A stretch of 64,000 bases of DNA from Promethearchaeota archaeon (lineage in GTDB: Archaea; Asgardarchaeota; Heimdallarchaeia; Hodarchaeales; Hodarchaeaceae): contig JBHLMN010000005.1 in assembly GCA_048938105.1 (NCBI GenBank), forward strand, positions 151,318 through 215,317. Reading direction: 5' to 3'. Positions 1 to 9,321 of the stretch are shown in pieces. Position numbers and translations under genes: made by a program. Below the pieces are notes generated by a model. It was not told where the DNA came from and made no database searches. It worked only from the letters and a program-made list of their open reading frames with translations. Numbering within the stretch: position 1 is the first letter of the stretch; each line of letters opens with the position of its first letter.

Positions 1-933
1 CATATTATCCCCTATCAAAGAGTTCAATACGAATATAGTTGGATTGGAAAGTACAATGAAATGATAAAGAATGTATACTACCCAGGAAACACTTGGATTG
101 GTAACCGTAATGATACAGGACAATGGTTACAATGGGGATCTAATAATACCCTTTTAGAAGCTTTTCTGCCTACTCGAAATTATGAAATTCCAATCTTGAT
201 GATTAGGCCTTTTAGCGCAGAAAATAGTGCTTTTCAGTTTCCTGAACCATTTGCCGCAACATTAACAGTTAGCAATAATGAAGCACCAATACAGCATTAT
301 TCATCGTTTTTTTGGAATTATATTGGTGGAGGTTACTTTATTCCAAAAAATGGAATTTCAAGAAGAACATTCTTTGAAGTTAATGATGATACTGTAGCAA
401 ATACAGATCATCTCTATGGAATTCCATTATATCTAGAACGGAATAGAATCTATAATATTACTGCATATCTCCATGGCAATTATACCACAGGATCCTCACC
501 TTGGAATGCCACGCTTGATGGGGTGAGCGTACTTGGTGGTAATCTTAACAATTTGGCTATCTTTGGTACAATGAGTTCTGGTTGGGATGAAACTAGTTAT
601 TGGAATACAATGCTAATTTTGACGGTAGTTAGTACGGTTTATCTTTACGTTGATGTTACACGGACATTCAATGGTACAAATTATAGAAATGCGACGCTTG
701 AGATTTATTTTAAAGAAATTACAGCTAATTACTTAGATTTCGTTTTGCCTCCATTTGAGTACAATGCAACACCACACACAAAAGAAGTGGTTAATGACGA
801 CTTACTCGCCTCTGAACTTACAGCCTCAGAGATGAAAAAACCAAGTGGAGTTCCAGGTTTTGAGTTCATTCTGGTTTTAGGAACTCTTGTTATCGTTGTT
901 GGGCGAATATCTCATTATAGAAGGAAGAGATGA
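1..933 (+). CDS. Membrane-anchored surface protein with PGF-type C-terminal sorting signal; 5' end lies outside the window
   Basis: Frame is open from base 1 (HIIPYQRVQYEYSW...) into the 61..933 ORF. Ends GVPGFE + hydrophobic helix + RRKR. Several N-x-S/T sequons. Confidence 0.75.
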   Translation, partial: HIIPYQRVQYEYSWIGKYNEMIKNVYYPGNTWIGNRNDTGQWLQWGSNNTLLEAFLPTRNYEIPILMIRPFSAENSAFQFPEPFAATLTVSNNEAPIQHYSSFFWNYIGGGYFIPKNGISRRTFFEVNDDTVANTDHLYGIPLYLERNRIYNITAYLHGNYTTGSSPWNATLDGVSVLGGNLNNLAIFGTMSSGWDETSYWNTMLILTVVSTVYLYVDVTRTFNGTNYRNATLEIYFKEITANYLDFVLPPFEYNATPHTKEVVNDDLLASELTASEMKKPSGVPGFEFILVLGTLVIVVGRISHYRRKR

Positions 934-983
934 GTAATCATCACCTACTTCCTCTTCTTTTTTACTATTTCTTCTTTTGAGAT

Positions 984-1487
984 TCATGAAATAAGGATGG
1001 CTCCAATTTCTTTTCCTATCTCTCGAAATACTACTTTAACTTCAGATTCGAGTGGGCCTTCTCTTCCATAGACAATAGCCGATTGCCGAGGCCTAATGAT
1101 TTTAATCTTCATGCTTTTCATTTTGCCTTCGATTCTTCTTGCAGCACTGTTTTCCAAAATTAACCATCGTTTTTTGTTCATTCGAGAATGATTTCTGGTG
1201 TCAAAGCTAAATCCCTTCATCCCCCGTAGATTAACGGATTTTAGGTTCTTTAAAAAGGCTTTCATTGCCTTAGATAATCCTATCATATGGGTTGGCCCAC
1301 CAATTGCTAGAAAATCATAGTTTGGTATTTGATTAATGTTAACCTCATCAATCCCCATATAGACTGTTTCAATACCAGTTTCTTCAATTCCTTTAGCCAA
1401 ACTAAGAGCAACATCTTTTGTATTCCCAAAGAGAGAATGATATAATACTAACGCACGTACCATTAACTTCACCAAGTTCTGATTCAA
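984..1487 (-). CDS. Flavodoxin family protein
   Basis: LYHSLFGNT FMN P-loop, IGGPTH, FSFDTR. Confidence 0.85.
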   Translation of the reverse strand: MNQNLVKLMVRALVLYHSLFGNTKDVALSLAKGIEETGIETVYMGIDEVNINQIPNYDFLAIGGPTHMIGLSKAMKAFLKNLKSVNLRGMKGFSFDTRNHSRMNKKRWLILENSAARRIEGKMKSMKIKIIRPRQSAIVYGREGPLESEVKVVFREIGKEIGAILIS

Positions 1488-2194
1488 GTAACAAGATTTT
1501 GAGCATCCAATTTTCCCAATATTTGGGTATTCGTTCTCTTATTCCGAAAATCCTGAAAAATTACTATTAAAAGTGAGCCAAATGTTAAGGTAGGAAATAC
1601 ACTTAGCCAAAATAAGCTCCAAATTTTCACATGGAAAGGTAATCCAATCAATATTCCAAATAATGTCACCCATTGAAGCCAATACAGAAAAATCTCTTTC
1701 TGATCTCTTCTAGGGTACAATGGCCAGTCTATAAGCCAAAAACTATATTCAATTGTCCATAAAAGGCCTAGGATCAATATAAAGATCATACAATTGATCG
1801 ATTGTTGTACGACTAATAGCACATGTGTTAAAGTAAGGCTTATCACGATTGTATAAATTCCACTATGGAACATCAGACCTGGAGTATAATATCTAGTAAA
1901 TATGCTCGAAATTTTATGTATTCGTAATCCAACTCTATTAGCAACTAAGTAGAAGTAATTGACCAAAATTGGAATCTCAGAAAGAATAAATAGTAAGAAA
2001 ATAATACGTCCTAACTCGGTTCCTTCAAAAGAATCAAATAGAGAAAGGATATATCCACTCACTAAAGAACAAATTAGTAGAATTACTAAACCTATGAGAA
2101 TACTATTCTTTATAGAATCATTTACTTTGATATAAGCTGAATCGCTTGTATTGTACATTTTGACACATCTTCTTTTTTTCCTGAAATAGTACAA
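1484..2194 (-). CDS. Hypothetical multi-pass membrane protein
   Basis: About 6 hydrophobic segments; tightly packed between TetR and flavodoxin genes. Confidence 0.65.
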   Translation of the reverse strand: MYYFRKKRRCVKMYNTSDSAYIKVNDSIKNSILIGLVILLICSLVSGYILSLFDSFEGTELGRIIFLLFILSEIPILVNYFYLVANRVGLRIHKISSIFTRYYTPGLMFHSGIYTIVISLTLTHVLLVVQQSINCMIFILILGLLWTIEYSFWLIDWPLYPRRDQKEIFLYWLQWVTLFGILIGLPFHVKIWSLFWLSVFPTLTFGSLLIVIFQDFRNKRTNTQILGKLDAQNLVT

Positions 2195-2197
2195 TAC

Positions 2198-2881
2198 CTA
2201 ATCATCATAATGTCTCAATCCTTTGTCTATAATATTAAATAAAACTGTCAAATATTCTCGAGATTTATCTTTGGACGGACTCCTCTTTCCACGAATCACC
2301 AATTCGTTGATTGCTGATCCAAGAGTGCTTAGAACCATCACAACCGAGAATGGATCTATCTCAGTCTGAACTCCTGAACTGCTTATGGTTTCTGTGATAA
2401 CATTAATCATGAGCTTTTCAATCCTTAATTGGAGATCTCGAAATTCTTTTTCGCTTTCAGTCAAGGGTTGATTTGTTTCTTCTTTTGTGATCATTTTTCC
2501 AATGACTAAATTCAATCTACCTGATTCAAAGAGGCTTGCATGAGCAGGATACTCTTCAACAAAGGTCAGATAAGCATTCCCTAGAGTGAGTAGTTCATAT
2601 TTCACGTCTTGAGCATGTAATGTATTTTCCATGATCTGAAACATTTTTTCAAAAGCCTTAGCTACCACTGCAATAAAAAGATCATCTTTGGAATCAAAAT
2701 AATTGTAGATCGTTGCTTTACTGTATCCTGATTTTAGTGCAATCTGATCAACCATCGTTTGGTCATATCCTTGATTTATGAAGAACCATTCAGCAGTTTT
2801 AATAATATCTTCCCGACGTTGTTTACGTTCTCGTTCCATTCTCCGCTTTCTAGGAGAATTTAGTTTCTCATTATCGTTCAT
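2198..2881 (-). CDS. TetR/AcrR family transcriptional regulator
   Basis: GYDQTMVDQIALKSGYSKATIYNYFDSKDDL HTH. Confidence 0.93.
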   Translation of the reverse strand: MNDNEKLNSPRKRRMERERKQRREDIIKTAEWFFINQGYDQTMVDQIALKSGYSKATIYNYFDSKDDLFIAVVAKAFEKMFQIMENTLHAQDVKYELLTLGNAYLTFVEEYPAHASLFESGRLNLVIGKMITKEETNQPLTESEKEFRDLQLRIEKLMINVITETISSSGVQTEIDPFSVVMVLSTLGSAINELVIRGKRSPSKDKSREYLTVLFNIIDKGLRHYDD

Positions 2882-2924
2882 AAGCCTTCTCTAACAGATG
2901 AATTAAGATGATTTATTAAGATAT

Positions 2925-2976
2925 TGTACTTAAGTCGAATGAATCAACTCAAGTATATCAAGTAGACTCGAGTTTA
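2925..2976. promoter_or_regulatory. Three phased palindromic sites TnnACTnnAGTnnA (putative TetR operators)
   Basis: tgtacttaagtcga (2925), tcaactcaagtata (2944), tagactcgagttta (2963), exactly 19 bp apart, next to a TTTAAA box upstream of tetR. Confidence 0.65.
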
Positions 2977-3247
2977 AATATTATATTATTGAGGCAAATG
3001 ATAAAATCGTAAAAGAAAATATCGAATTATGCGAGATCATCCAAAATGCAATCTTTTTTTTTATAATTACTTGTAGATAGAAATCTCATTTCATAATATA
3101 ATCACTCATCACCTGTATCTAAGGATATAAAGTATCAAAATGAATGTTATTTTCCTCATTATGAAAGAAAGGTATAAAACGGGTGAGGCTAACCAAAGAA
3201 AACATAAGCACTTGGAAGTAGGATTAACTAAAGGATGTAGGTGCTAG

Positions 3248-3904
3248 ATGGTTAGGCTCTTTAAAAAATCAAGCCAGAAACAAACAACTACTTTTAAATT
3301 TAATTCCTCTTTACAACTAAAGAATTTGGAATTGGAAGAATATGCTCACGTCATTCACGCTTTCCATAAGGGATTAACAGAATTAGATCACTTTTTAAAG
3401 GAATCCTTATTGGAGAATTATATTTCATTCCACACATTTGATCGAATCTCACATGAACTCAGATTAGTGCACTTTCGACAGTGTAAAATCCCAGATGTGC
3501 CATCTATAAAGACTTTATTTTATTCAAAAGCGGTGGAATTAAAAACAAGTGGACCAGAGATTACTTCTAAGATTAAACAGATTGAACTAAAGGGTCCTCC
3601 TCAGAAAGATATATCAGGCCCACCTCATCCTGTACCTAAACCCTCCCCAATTCCTTCTGCTCCACCTCAAGCACCATCCGCGCTTCCCATGGCTTCCCCC
3701 GCCCCATATCCTCCAGTTTCTTCGGGAGGTTCATCATCCCCTAAAATAGTATTTTCTGACACAGTGACAGAAACACCAATGACCAGTAGTCCACTAGGAC
3801 CTTCAAAATCCCAACGAGAAAGTGATCGAGCAACAGGAATTGCTATTTTGCGGAAACAAATGGTTGAGGAACTCAAGAGAATCCGTACGATCCTCCCAGA
3901 CTGA
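3248..3904 (+). CDS. Hypothetical protein with Pro/Ser-rich linker and C-terminal amphipathic helix
   Basis: 218-aa ORF; GAAAGG-TATAAA promoter-like element near 3167-3178. Confidence 0.7.
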   Translation: MVRLFKKSSQKQTTTFKFNSSLQLKNLELEEYAHVIHAFHKGLTELDHFLKESLLENYISFHTFDRISHELRLVHFRQCKIPDVPSIKTLFYSKAVELKTSGPEITSKIKQIELKGPPQKDISGPPHPVPKPSPIPSAPPQAPSALPMASPAPYPPVSSGGSSSPKIVFSDTVTETPMTSSPLGPSKSQRESDRATGIAILRKQMVEELKRIRTILPD

Positions 3905-3976
3905 AATTTGGGAAACTATGTTATTTAATGTACCTTACATTGTTAATAAAACTGGTTGCTATTTCCCACATTACCA

Positions 3977-4303
3977 TTACGGTACAGTTGTTTTGACTTC
4001 TGATGAAGGCAATTTATTCCTAATAATTTTGAGAACAACACCAGCAGAGGTAGGATCAGGGCAGCGAACGAATTCGGTAGTCTGGCCTTCAGAATCAATT
4101 ACTTTTTCATAAGGTGTCCCCAAATAATCCCAGGGAAGTAAGCCATCATATTCTAACACACGAATCATTGAATTAGCACTATCTAGAAGCCATGAACAGA
4201 TCTTAGCTTTATCATCAGGGTAAGAGAATTTTTGACCGGCCCTATGATATGGACATCCACTTTCAAAAATCTCCAGTTCGAATGAGTACTTTCTTCTTAC
4301 CAT
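3977..4303 (-). CDS. TIGR04076-like small Cys-containing protein
   Basis: GCPYHRAGQKF...ICSW...VRCPDP pattern; GGAGG upstream. Confidence 0.7.
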   Translation of the reverse strand: MVRRKYSFELEIFESGCPYHRAGQKFSYPDDKAKICSWLLDSANSMIRVLEYDGLLPWDYLGTPYEKVIDSEGQTTEFVRCPDPTSAGVVLKIIRNKLPSSEVKTTVP

Positions 4304-4460
4304 TTGGTTTATTCCTCCATAAAAGTTGTTTAAATAAAAGTGATTAATTCACTTTTATTAGAGATGTATAAAGGTAATTTTATTAGTAAAGCTCTATTAG
4401 TCAATTATACTAAATCCATGTTTCTGTTTTTCAAAGATAAATTCCATATTTAATAGGAGC

Positions 4461-5051
4461 TTATAGATGTTTAATTATTTGACAGGGATTTCCTACAGCT
4501 ATAACACTATCAGGGATATCTTTAGTAACAACACTTCCAGCACCAATACTGACATGATCACCAATAGTCACTCCTGGACAAACAATGACTCCACCGCCAA
4601 ACCAACAATTCTTCCCAATTTTAATTGGTAATCCTAATTCTAATCCTTTCATACGTGTTTCAGGATCAGGGAGATGTGTAGCGGAAAGAAGTTGACAATG
4701 AGGTCCAAACATAGTATTTGCTCCAATTTCAACGGTGTTAACATCTAAAATAATACAATTATGATTCATGTAGACATATTCACCCATGGAAATATTGTAG
4801 CCATAATCACAGTAGAACGGTGGTTCAATGAAAATATATGAGTCAACTTTACCGAACAATTGCCTAATAACTATCATTCTTTCTTCCAATAATTCCTCTT
4901 CACTGAATTTAAGTTCGGTTATTGAGTTATATTTCCACATCAGCTTCTTAGCCCTAAATCGATCGCTAATTAATTCAGGATCGGCTGAAAAATATAGTTC
5001 ACCTGCTAACATCTTTTTCTTTTCCGTTTTGACATTATTATCGTCATTCAA
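4461..5051 (-). CDS. maa: Maltose/sugar O-acetyltransferase (hexapeptide repeat)
   Basis: EKKKMLAGELY, IEPPFYCDYGYNI, IGAGSVVTKDIP, AVGNPC. Confidence 0.9.
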   Translation of the reverse strand: MNDDNNVKTEKKKMLAGELYFSADPELISDRFRAKKLMWKYNSITELKFSEEELLEERMIVIRQLFGKVDSYIFIEPPFYCDYGYNISMGEYVYMNHNCIILDVNTVEIGANTMFGPHCQLLSATHLPDPETRMKGLELGLPIKIGKNCWFGGGVIVCPGVTIGDHVSIGAGSVVTKDIPDSVIAVGNPCQIIKHL

Positions 5052-5371
5052 AATGAATCACCGGTTAAAGCGTTGTCAATAAATATTACTAATTTTTCTT
5101 TTACCTTTCTTTATCATTGTATTCTATAACATAGGAAGAAGAAAATTCTAAGTAGTAAAGATTTCTTTCATCCAATATTCAAGGAAACGAGATTTAAATA
5201 TCACACAGTTTAGCCCTCTAAAAACATAATCGCTATAATATCCAAAACCCTATGTGTTTTAGTTTGTTTTTTATGTGGAGATTAATCTATTTGGTATTTC
5301 AAAAAGATTATATCAAAATAGAAATTCTCCTTTGCACTGTAAAGGAATGATCTAGGGATTGCGTTACCATC

Positions 5372-7144
5372 ATGAGTTTGGATCTAACAAAGATATCAAG
5401 CTATAGAAAGTGGTTTTTATACCATCTCGCTAGGCAAAAAATCTTAGTGCTGTGCACTCTTCTTGGTATTATAATTGTTACATTCTCAAGAGTTATCATT
5501 CCTGTTTTTATTGGATATATTATAGATACTACTCTTATAACCCAAGACCTAACTGATTTAGTACTCTTACTCGCCATTACTCTTACTGTTTATGTTACTC
5601 GGAATGCCATGGATTATCTAACTATGATGATAGGACACTATCTTGGTCTTTCTGCTGAAAAGAATATGCGGCAAGAATTTTTCGACACACTTCAGTATAA
5701 ACCATTGCGGTATCATGACAAAGCACGTACTGGTGACCTTCAAGCTCTAGCAACAAATGATTTGCGTATCATCAATACAATGATCTCTCATGGAGCTTTT
5801 TACCTTTATCCTTTCTTTCAAGTTATTATGGCTGCATTTTTGATGATAGTAACCCTTGATTTCAGACTGGCCTTGGTTTGTACTCCCTTCATGCTTTTCT
5901 ACATTATTTTTATTTTAGACTATCGAAAGAAAATTGCTCCATGGGCTGCTGGTAGGATGGTTACTCATTCAAATGTCGCAGTGGTCTTACAAGACAGTAT
6001 AAGTGGTGCTGCAATTGTACGATCCTTTACTGCAGAAGAACTAGAACGTGAAAAATTCCACAACGCAGTAATTGGATTTCGTGACAATCGGATTGGGGAG
6101 ACGAGAGTTCAAGCGAGATTTTATCCATTGTTGGTGCTTTATCTTGCAATTGGGATGACATTTCTTGCAAGTTGTGTGTTTGTGTTCGAGGGGTCGCTAA
6201 CAATAGGAGCATTGACGGCAGCTAATTTACTATTAATCACCCTGATAGATCCAACTAACATGATCTTTTGGGCCACAAATGACATGATGAGTGGTTTTGC
6301 AGCTTGCTCACGCTTGTATACAAGTTTATCACTAGAAGAGGAGGAACCAAAAGAAAGTAATCTTGTATGGCCAGATACTTTTAAAGGAAGAATTGAGTTC
6401 AAGAATGTAACTTTTGCTTATGGAGATGATGGAGAAGAAAATACACCTATTCTAAAGAATCTATCATTCATTGTTGAACCAAATCAACGAGTAGCACTTG
6501 TAGGTCCAACCGGCTGTGGAAAAACAACTCTAGTGAAATTAATCCTGCGGCTCTATGAACCGCAAGAGGGAATGATCCTACTAGATGGAATAAATATTCG
6601 AAATTATCCTCTTGATGAATTGAGACGGCATATCGGGTATATTGAGCAAGATATCTATCTTTTTTCCCGAACAATAAGCGATAATATCGCGTTTGGGAGA
6701 CCAAATGCATCACATGAGGCAATAATGGATGCAGCGAAGCTTGCTCAAGTTGAAGAGTTCGTGCTAGAGTTTCCAGAAGAATACAACACCGTTGTTGGGG
6801 AGAGGGGAACTCGACTTTCAGGTGGAGAGAAACAGCGTGTTGCCATCGCCCGTGCGTTCTTAACCAATCCCGAAATCCTCATTCTGGATGATTCCGTTTC
6901 ATCAGTCGATAGTGAGACGGAGGAGAAGATCACACGTGCAATGGAGAATATTATCAAGAATAGAACAACATTAGTCATTACTCATAGATTACACACAATC
7001 AGGACTTCTGACAAAATAATCGTACTTAAACGCGGGAAAAATGTAGCTGAGGGTACTCACAATGAATTATTACAAAATTCGGAAGATTACAGACGAATTT
7101 TTGGAAAGCATCTGGTCTTGCCAGAATTACTAGTAAGAAGCTAG
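5372..7144 (+). CDS. ABC exporter TMD-NBD half-transporter, subunit with degenerate Walker B
   Basis: GPTGCGKTT, LSGGE, ILILDD (catalytic Glu replaced by Asp). Confidence 0.93.
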   Translation: MSLDLTKISSYRKWFLYHLARQKILVLCTLLGIIIVTFSRVIIPVFIGYIIDTTLITQDLTDLVLLLAITLTVYVTRNAMDYLTMMIGHYLGLSAEKNMRQEFFDTLQYKPLRYHDKARTGDLQALATNDLRIINTMISHGAFYLYPFFQVIMAAFLMIVTLDFRLALVCTPFMLFYIIFILDYRKKIAPWAAGRMVTHSNVAVVLQDSISGAAIVRSFTAEELEREKFHNAVIGFRDNRIGETRVQARFYPLLVLYLAIGMTFLASCVFVFEGSLTIGALTAANLLLITLIDPTNMIFWATNDMMSGFAACSRLYTSLSLEEEEPKESNLVWPDTFKGRIEFKNVTFAYGDDGEENTPILKNLSFIVEPNQRVALVGPTGCGKTTLVKLILRLYEPQEGMILLDGINIRNYPLDELRRHIGYIEQDIYLFSRTISDNIAFGRPNASHEAIMDAAKLAQVEEFVLEFPEEYNTVVGERGTRLSGGEKQRVAIARAFLTNPEILILDDSVSSVDSETEEKITRAMENIIKNRTTLVITHRLHTIRTSDKIIVLKRGKNVAEGTHNELLQNSEDYRRIFGKHLVLPELLVRS

Positions 7145-7156
7145 TGTGGGATCAAT

Positions 7157-8989
7157 ATGGGTCTCTATAGAGGATTACTCAAAGAAAAACGAGAACGAGA
7201 GTATTCAGATCATGAGCTATTAGCTCGATACACTCATCGAATCGTTCCGTTTAAGAAGAGTATTCTATTAATTTCTCTATTTATACTCATTTCCACAGTA
7301 GCCGATATTATTATCCCCCTTATTGTTGGATTTGCAGTTGAGGAGCTTGTACAACCCGAGAGTGATTTCATTCTATCTTTAGGTGTAGGAGGGATATATC
7401 TCATCTTATCTGCACTAATTTGGATTATGTTTAGCCTACGCCGAAAAGAAATGGGGAATTTTATGCCTTATTTTTTAGAAAAACTTCGTATGGATATTTT
7501 TGATAAGTTACAGGAGCAGGACATGAGTTTTTACGATAAACACTTGAGTGGTAGTCTGAATTCAAGAGTTTCAAATGATGCTTTAGACTTTGGAAATACC
7601 ACTATTCTATTTGCAGACACTATGGGGAATCTTCTTGTAAGCATTTTGACTTTCGGAATTCTTTTCTGGTTGAATCCAACATTAGCTCTGATTACCTTAG
7701 CTGGTGTTCCTTTTCTTTTTCTGTTAATGTTTTCTTTAAGGAAACTAGCTCGAATTGTTAGTCGAGATTATCGAAAATCAATTGGAAATATTAATAATGC
7801 AATGGTAGAATCAATTGAAGGCATTCAAGTGTGTAAAAGCTACGGACAAGAAGCTAGAGTTTCTGAACAATTTCTTGAGACAAACAAAGAATACTTTAGA
7901 ACAGCTTATCGTTTAACTGCAGTAACTCATGTCTGGAGATCTATTCTTGAAACAATTACCGCCATAATACTGGTGATAATTGTATATTTGGGTGGTCAAC
8001 TCATCTCTCAAGGAATATCATCCACAGCGATTATTTTGATGTATATCCTTTATATCCAACGATTTTTTCGTCCGATCATGATTCTTGCTACATTTTTTCC
8101 AGAACTTAGTGCAGGGATGGCTGCATATGAACGTATTTTAGATATTTTAGACTCCAAGCCTAATGTTAAGCAAAACCCAGAACTTCACAATGTCAATGAG
8201 TTAGAAGGAGAGATCGTTTTTGAAAATGTTGACTTTAGTTATAGAAACGATGGTGAATGGGTCTTCAAAGGGTTTAATTTAAGAATAGCTAAGGGAGAAA
8301 AACTCGCAATCGTAGGTCACACAGGAGCGGGAAAATCCAGCTTAATCAACCTTCTAGCTCGATTTTATGAATTTCAAGGGGGAAAAATCTTGATTGATGG
8401 AATTGACATTAGAGAGATGAAGCTGGATTCATATAGACGAAATATCGGGATGGTGCAACAAGATGTGTTCCTTTTTTCTGGGACAATAGAGGAGAATATT
8501 CGCTATGGTAGACGAGATGCATCAGAAGGAGATCTGTGGAACGCTATTCGTGCAGTCCATGCTGATGAACTTATCGAATATTTACAAAATAGTCTTCAAA
8601 CTCAAGTAGGTGAAAGAGGAAGTGGGTTATCAGCTGGTCAAAAACAGCTGATCAGTTTTGCGCGAGCCCTCCTAACAGATCCTAAAATTCTCATACTCGA
8701 TGAAGCCACGTCTTCAGTAGATGCTTATACAGAGGCGATTATTCAAGAGGCCCTTGAGGTACTTTTATCTAATCGAACCTCAATCATTATTGCTCACAGA
8801 CTCTCTACCATATTAAATGCAGATCGAATCATTGTAATGGAAAAGGGGCAAATTATTGAAGAGGGAACACACGAGTCCTTGCTAGTTCAAGGAGGCAAAT
8901 ATGCACAGTTGTATAAACAATACTATGAGCACCAAAGTCTAGATTGGAGGCCAATTAAATTATCTGGTGAAAAGATATCTAATTTATGA
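7157..8989 (+). CDS. ABC exporter TMD-NBD half-transporter, partner subunit (MdlB/TM288-like heterodimer)
   Basis: GHTGAGKSS, LSAGQ, ILILDEATSSVD, IAHRLST. Confidence 0.93.
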   Translation: MGLYRGLLKEKREREYSDHELLARYTHRIVPFKKSILLISLFILISTVADIIIPLIVGFAVEELVQPESDFILSLGVGGIYLILSALIWIMFSLRRKEMGNFMPYFLEKLRMDIFDKLQEQDMSFYDKHLSGSLNSRVSNDALDFGNTTILFADTMGNLLVSILTFGILFWLNPTLALITLAGVPFLFLLMFSLRKLARIVSRDYRKSIGNINNAMVESIEGIQVCKSYGQEARVSEQFLETNKEYFRTAYRLTAVTHVWRSILETITAIILVIIVYLGGQLISQGISSTAIILMYILYIQRFFRPIMILATFFPELSAGMAAYERILDILDSKPNVKQNPELHNVNELEGEIVFENVDFSYRNDGEWVFKGFNLRIAKGEKLAIVGHTGAGKSSLINLLARFYEFQGGKILIDGIDIREMKLDSYRRNIGMVQQDVFLFSGTIEENIRYGRRDASEGDLWNAIRAVHADELIEYLQNSLQTQVGERGSGLSAGQKQLISFARALLTDPKILILDEATSSVDAYTEAIIQEALEVLLSNRTSIIIAHRLSTILNADRIIVMEKGQIIEEGTHESLLVQGGKYAQLYKQYYEHQSLDWRPIKLSGEKISNL

Positions 8990-9321
8990 CACTTGTCAGC
9001 TGTTTCACAGAATAAAAGCCAATGTTTCCTTAAAGAAATTCATTTTATCTAATTAAGTCTTTAGACATACAATTCTTCTTATCATTGAGGATAATCTAAT
9101 TTACTCATTATTCATTAGCATCTCTTTTCAAACAATCGGGAAAAGGATAATAATTTTTTTCAAATATAAAATGAACCTCCTCAATCATAACCAATATACT
9201 TCGTTGGAAGCGCGTATATCATTCACTTGAAAAGAAGTCATCTCTTACCCTCCCATATCAATGAGTCCAATACTTGATGTAAAGATTTATTAGATTGAAG
9301 GTTTATAAATATTGATAATAA

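Noticed and set aside
5372-8989. Degenerate Walker B and signature motifs as signs of inactivation
   Set aside because: One degenerate ATP site is the normal state of heterodimeric ABC exporters
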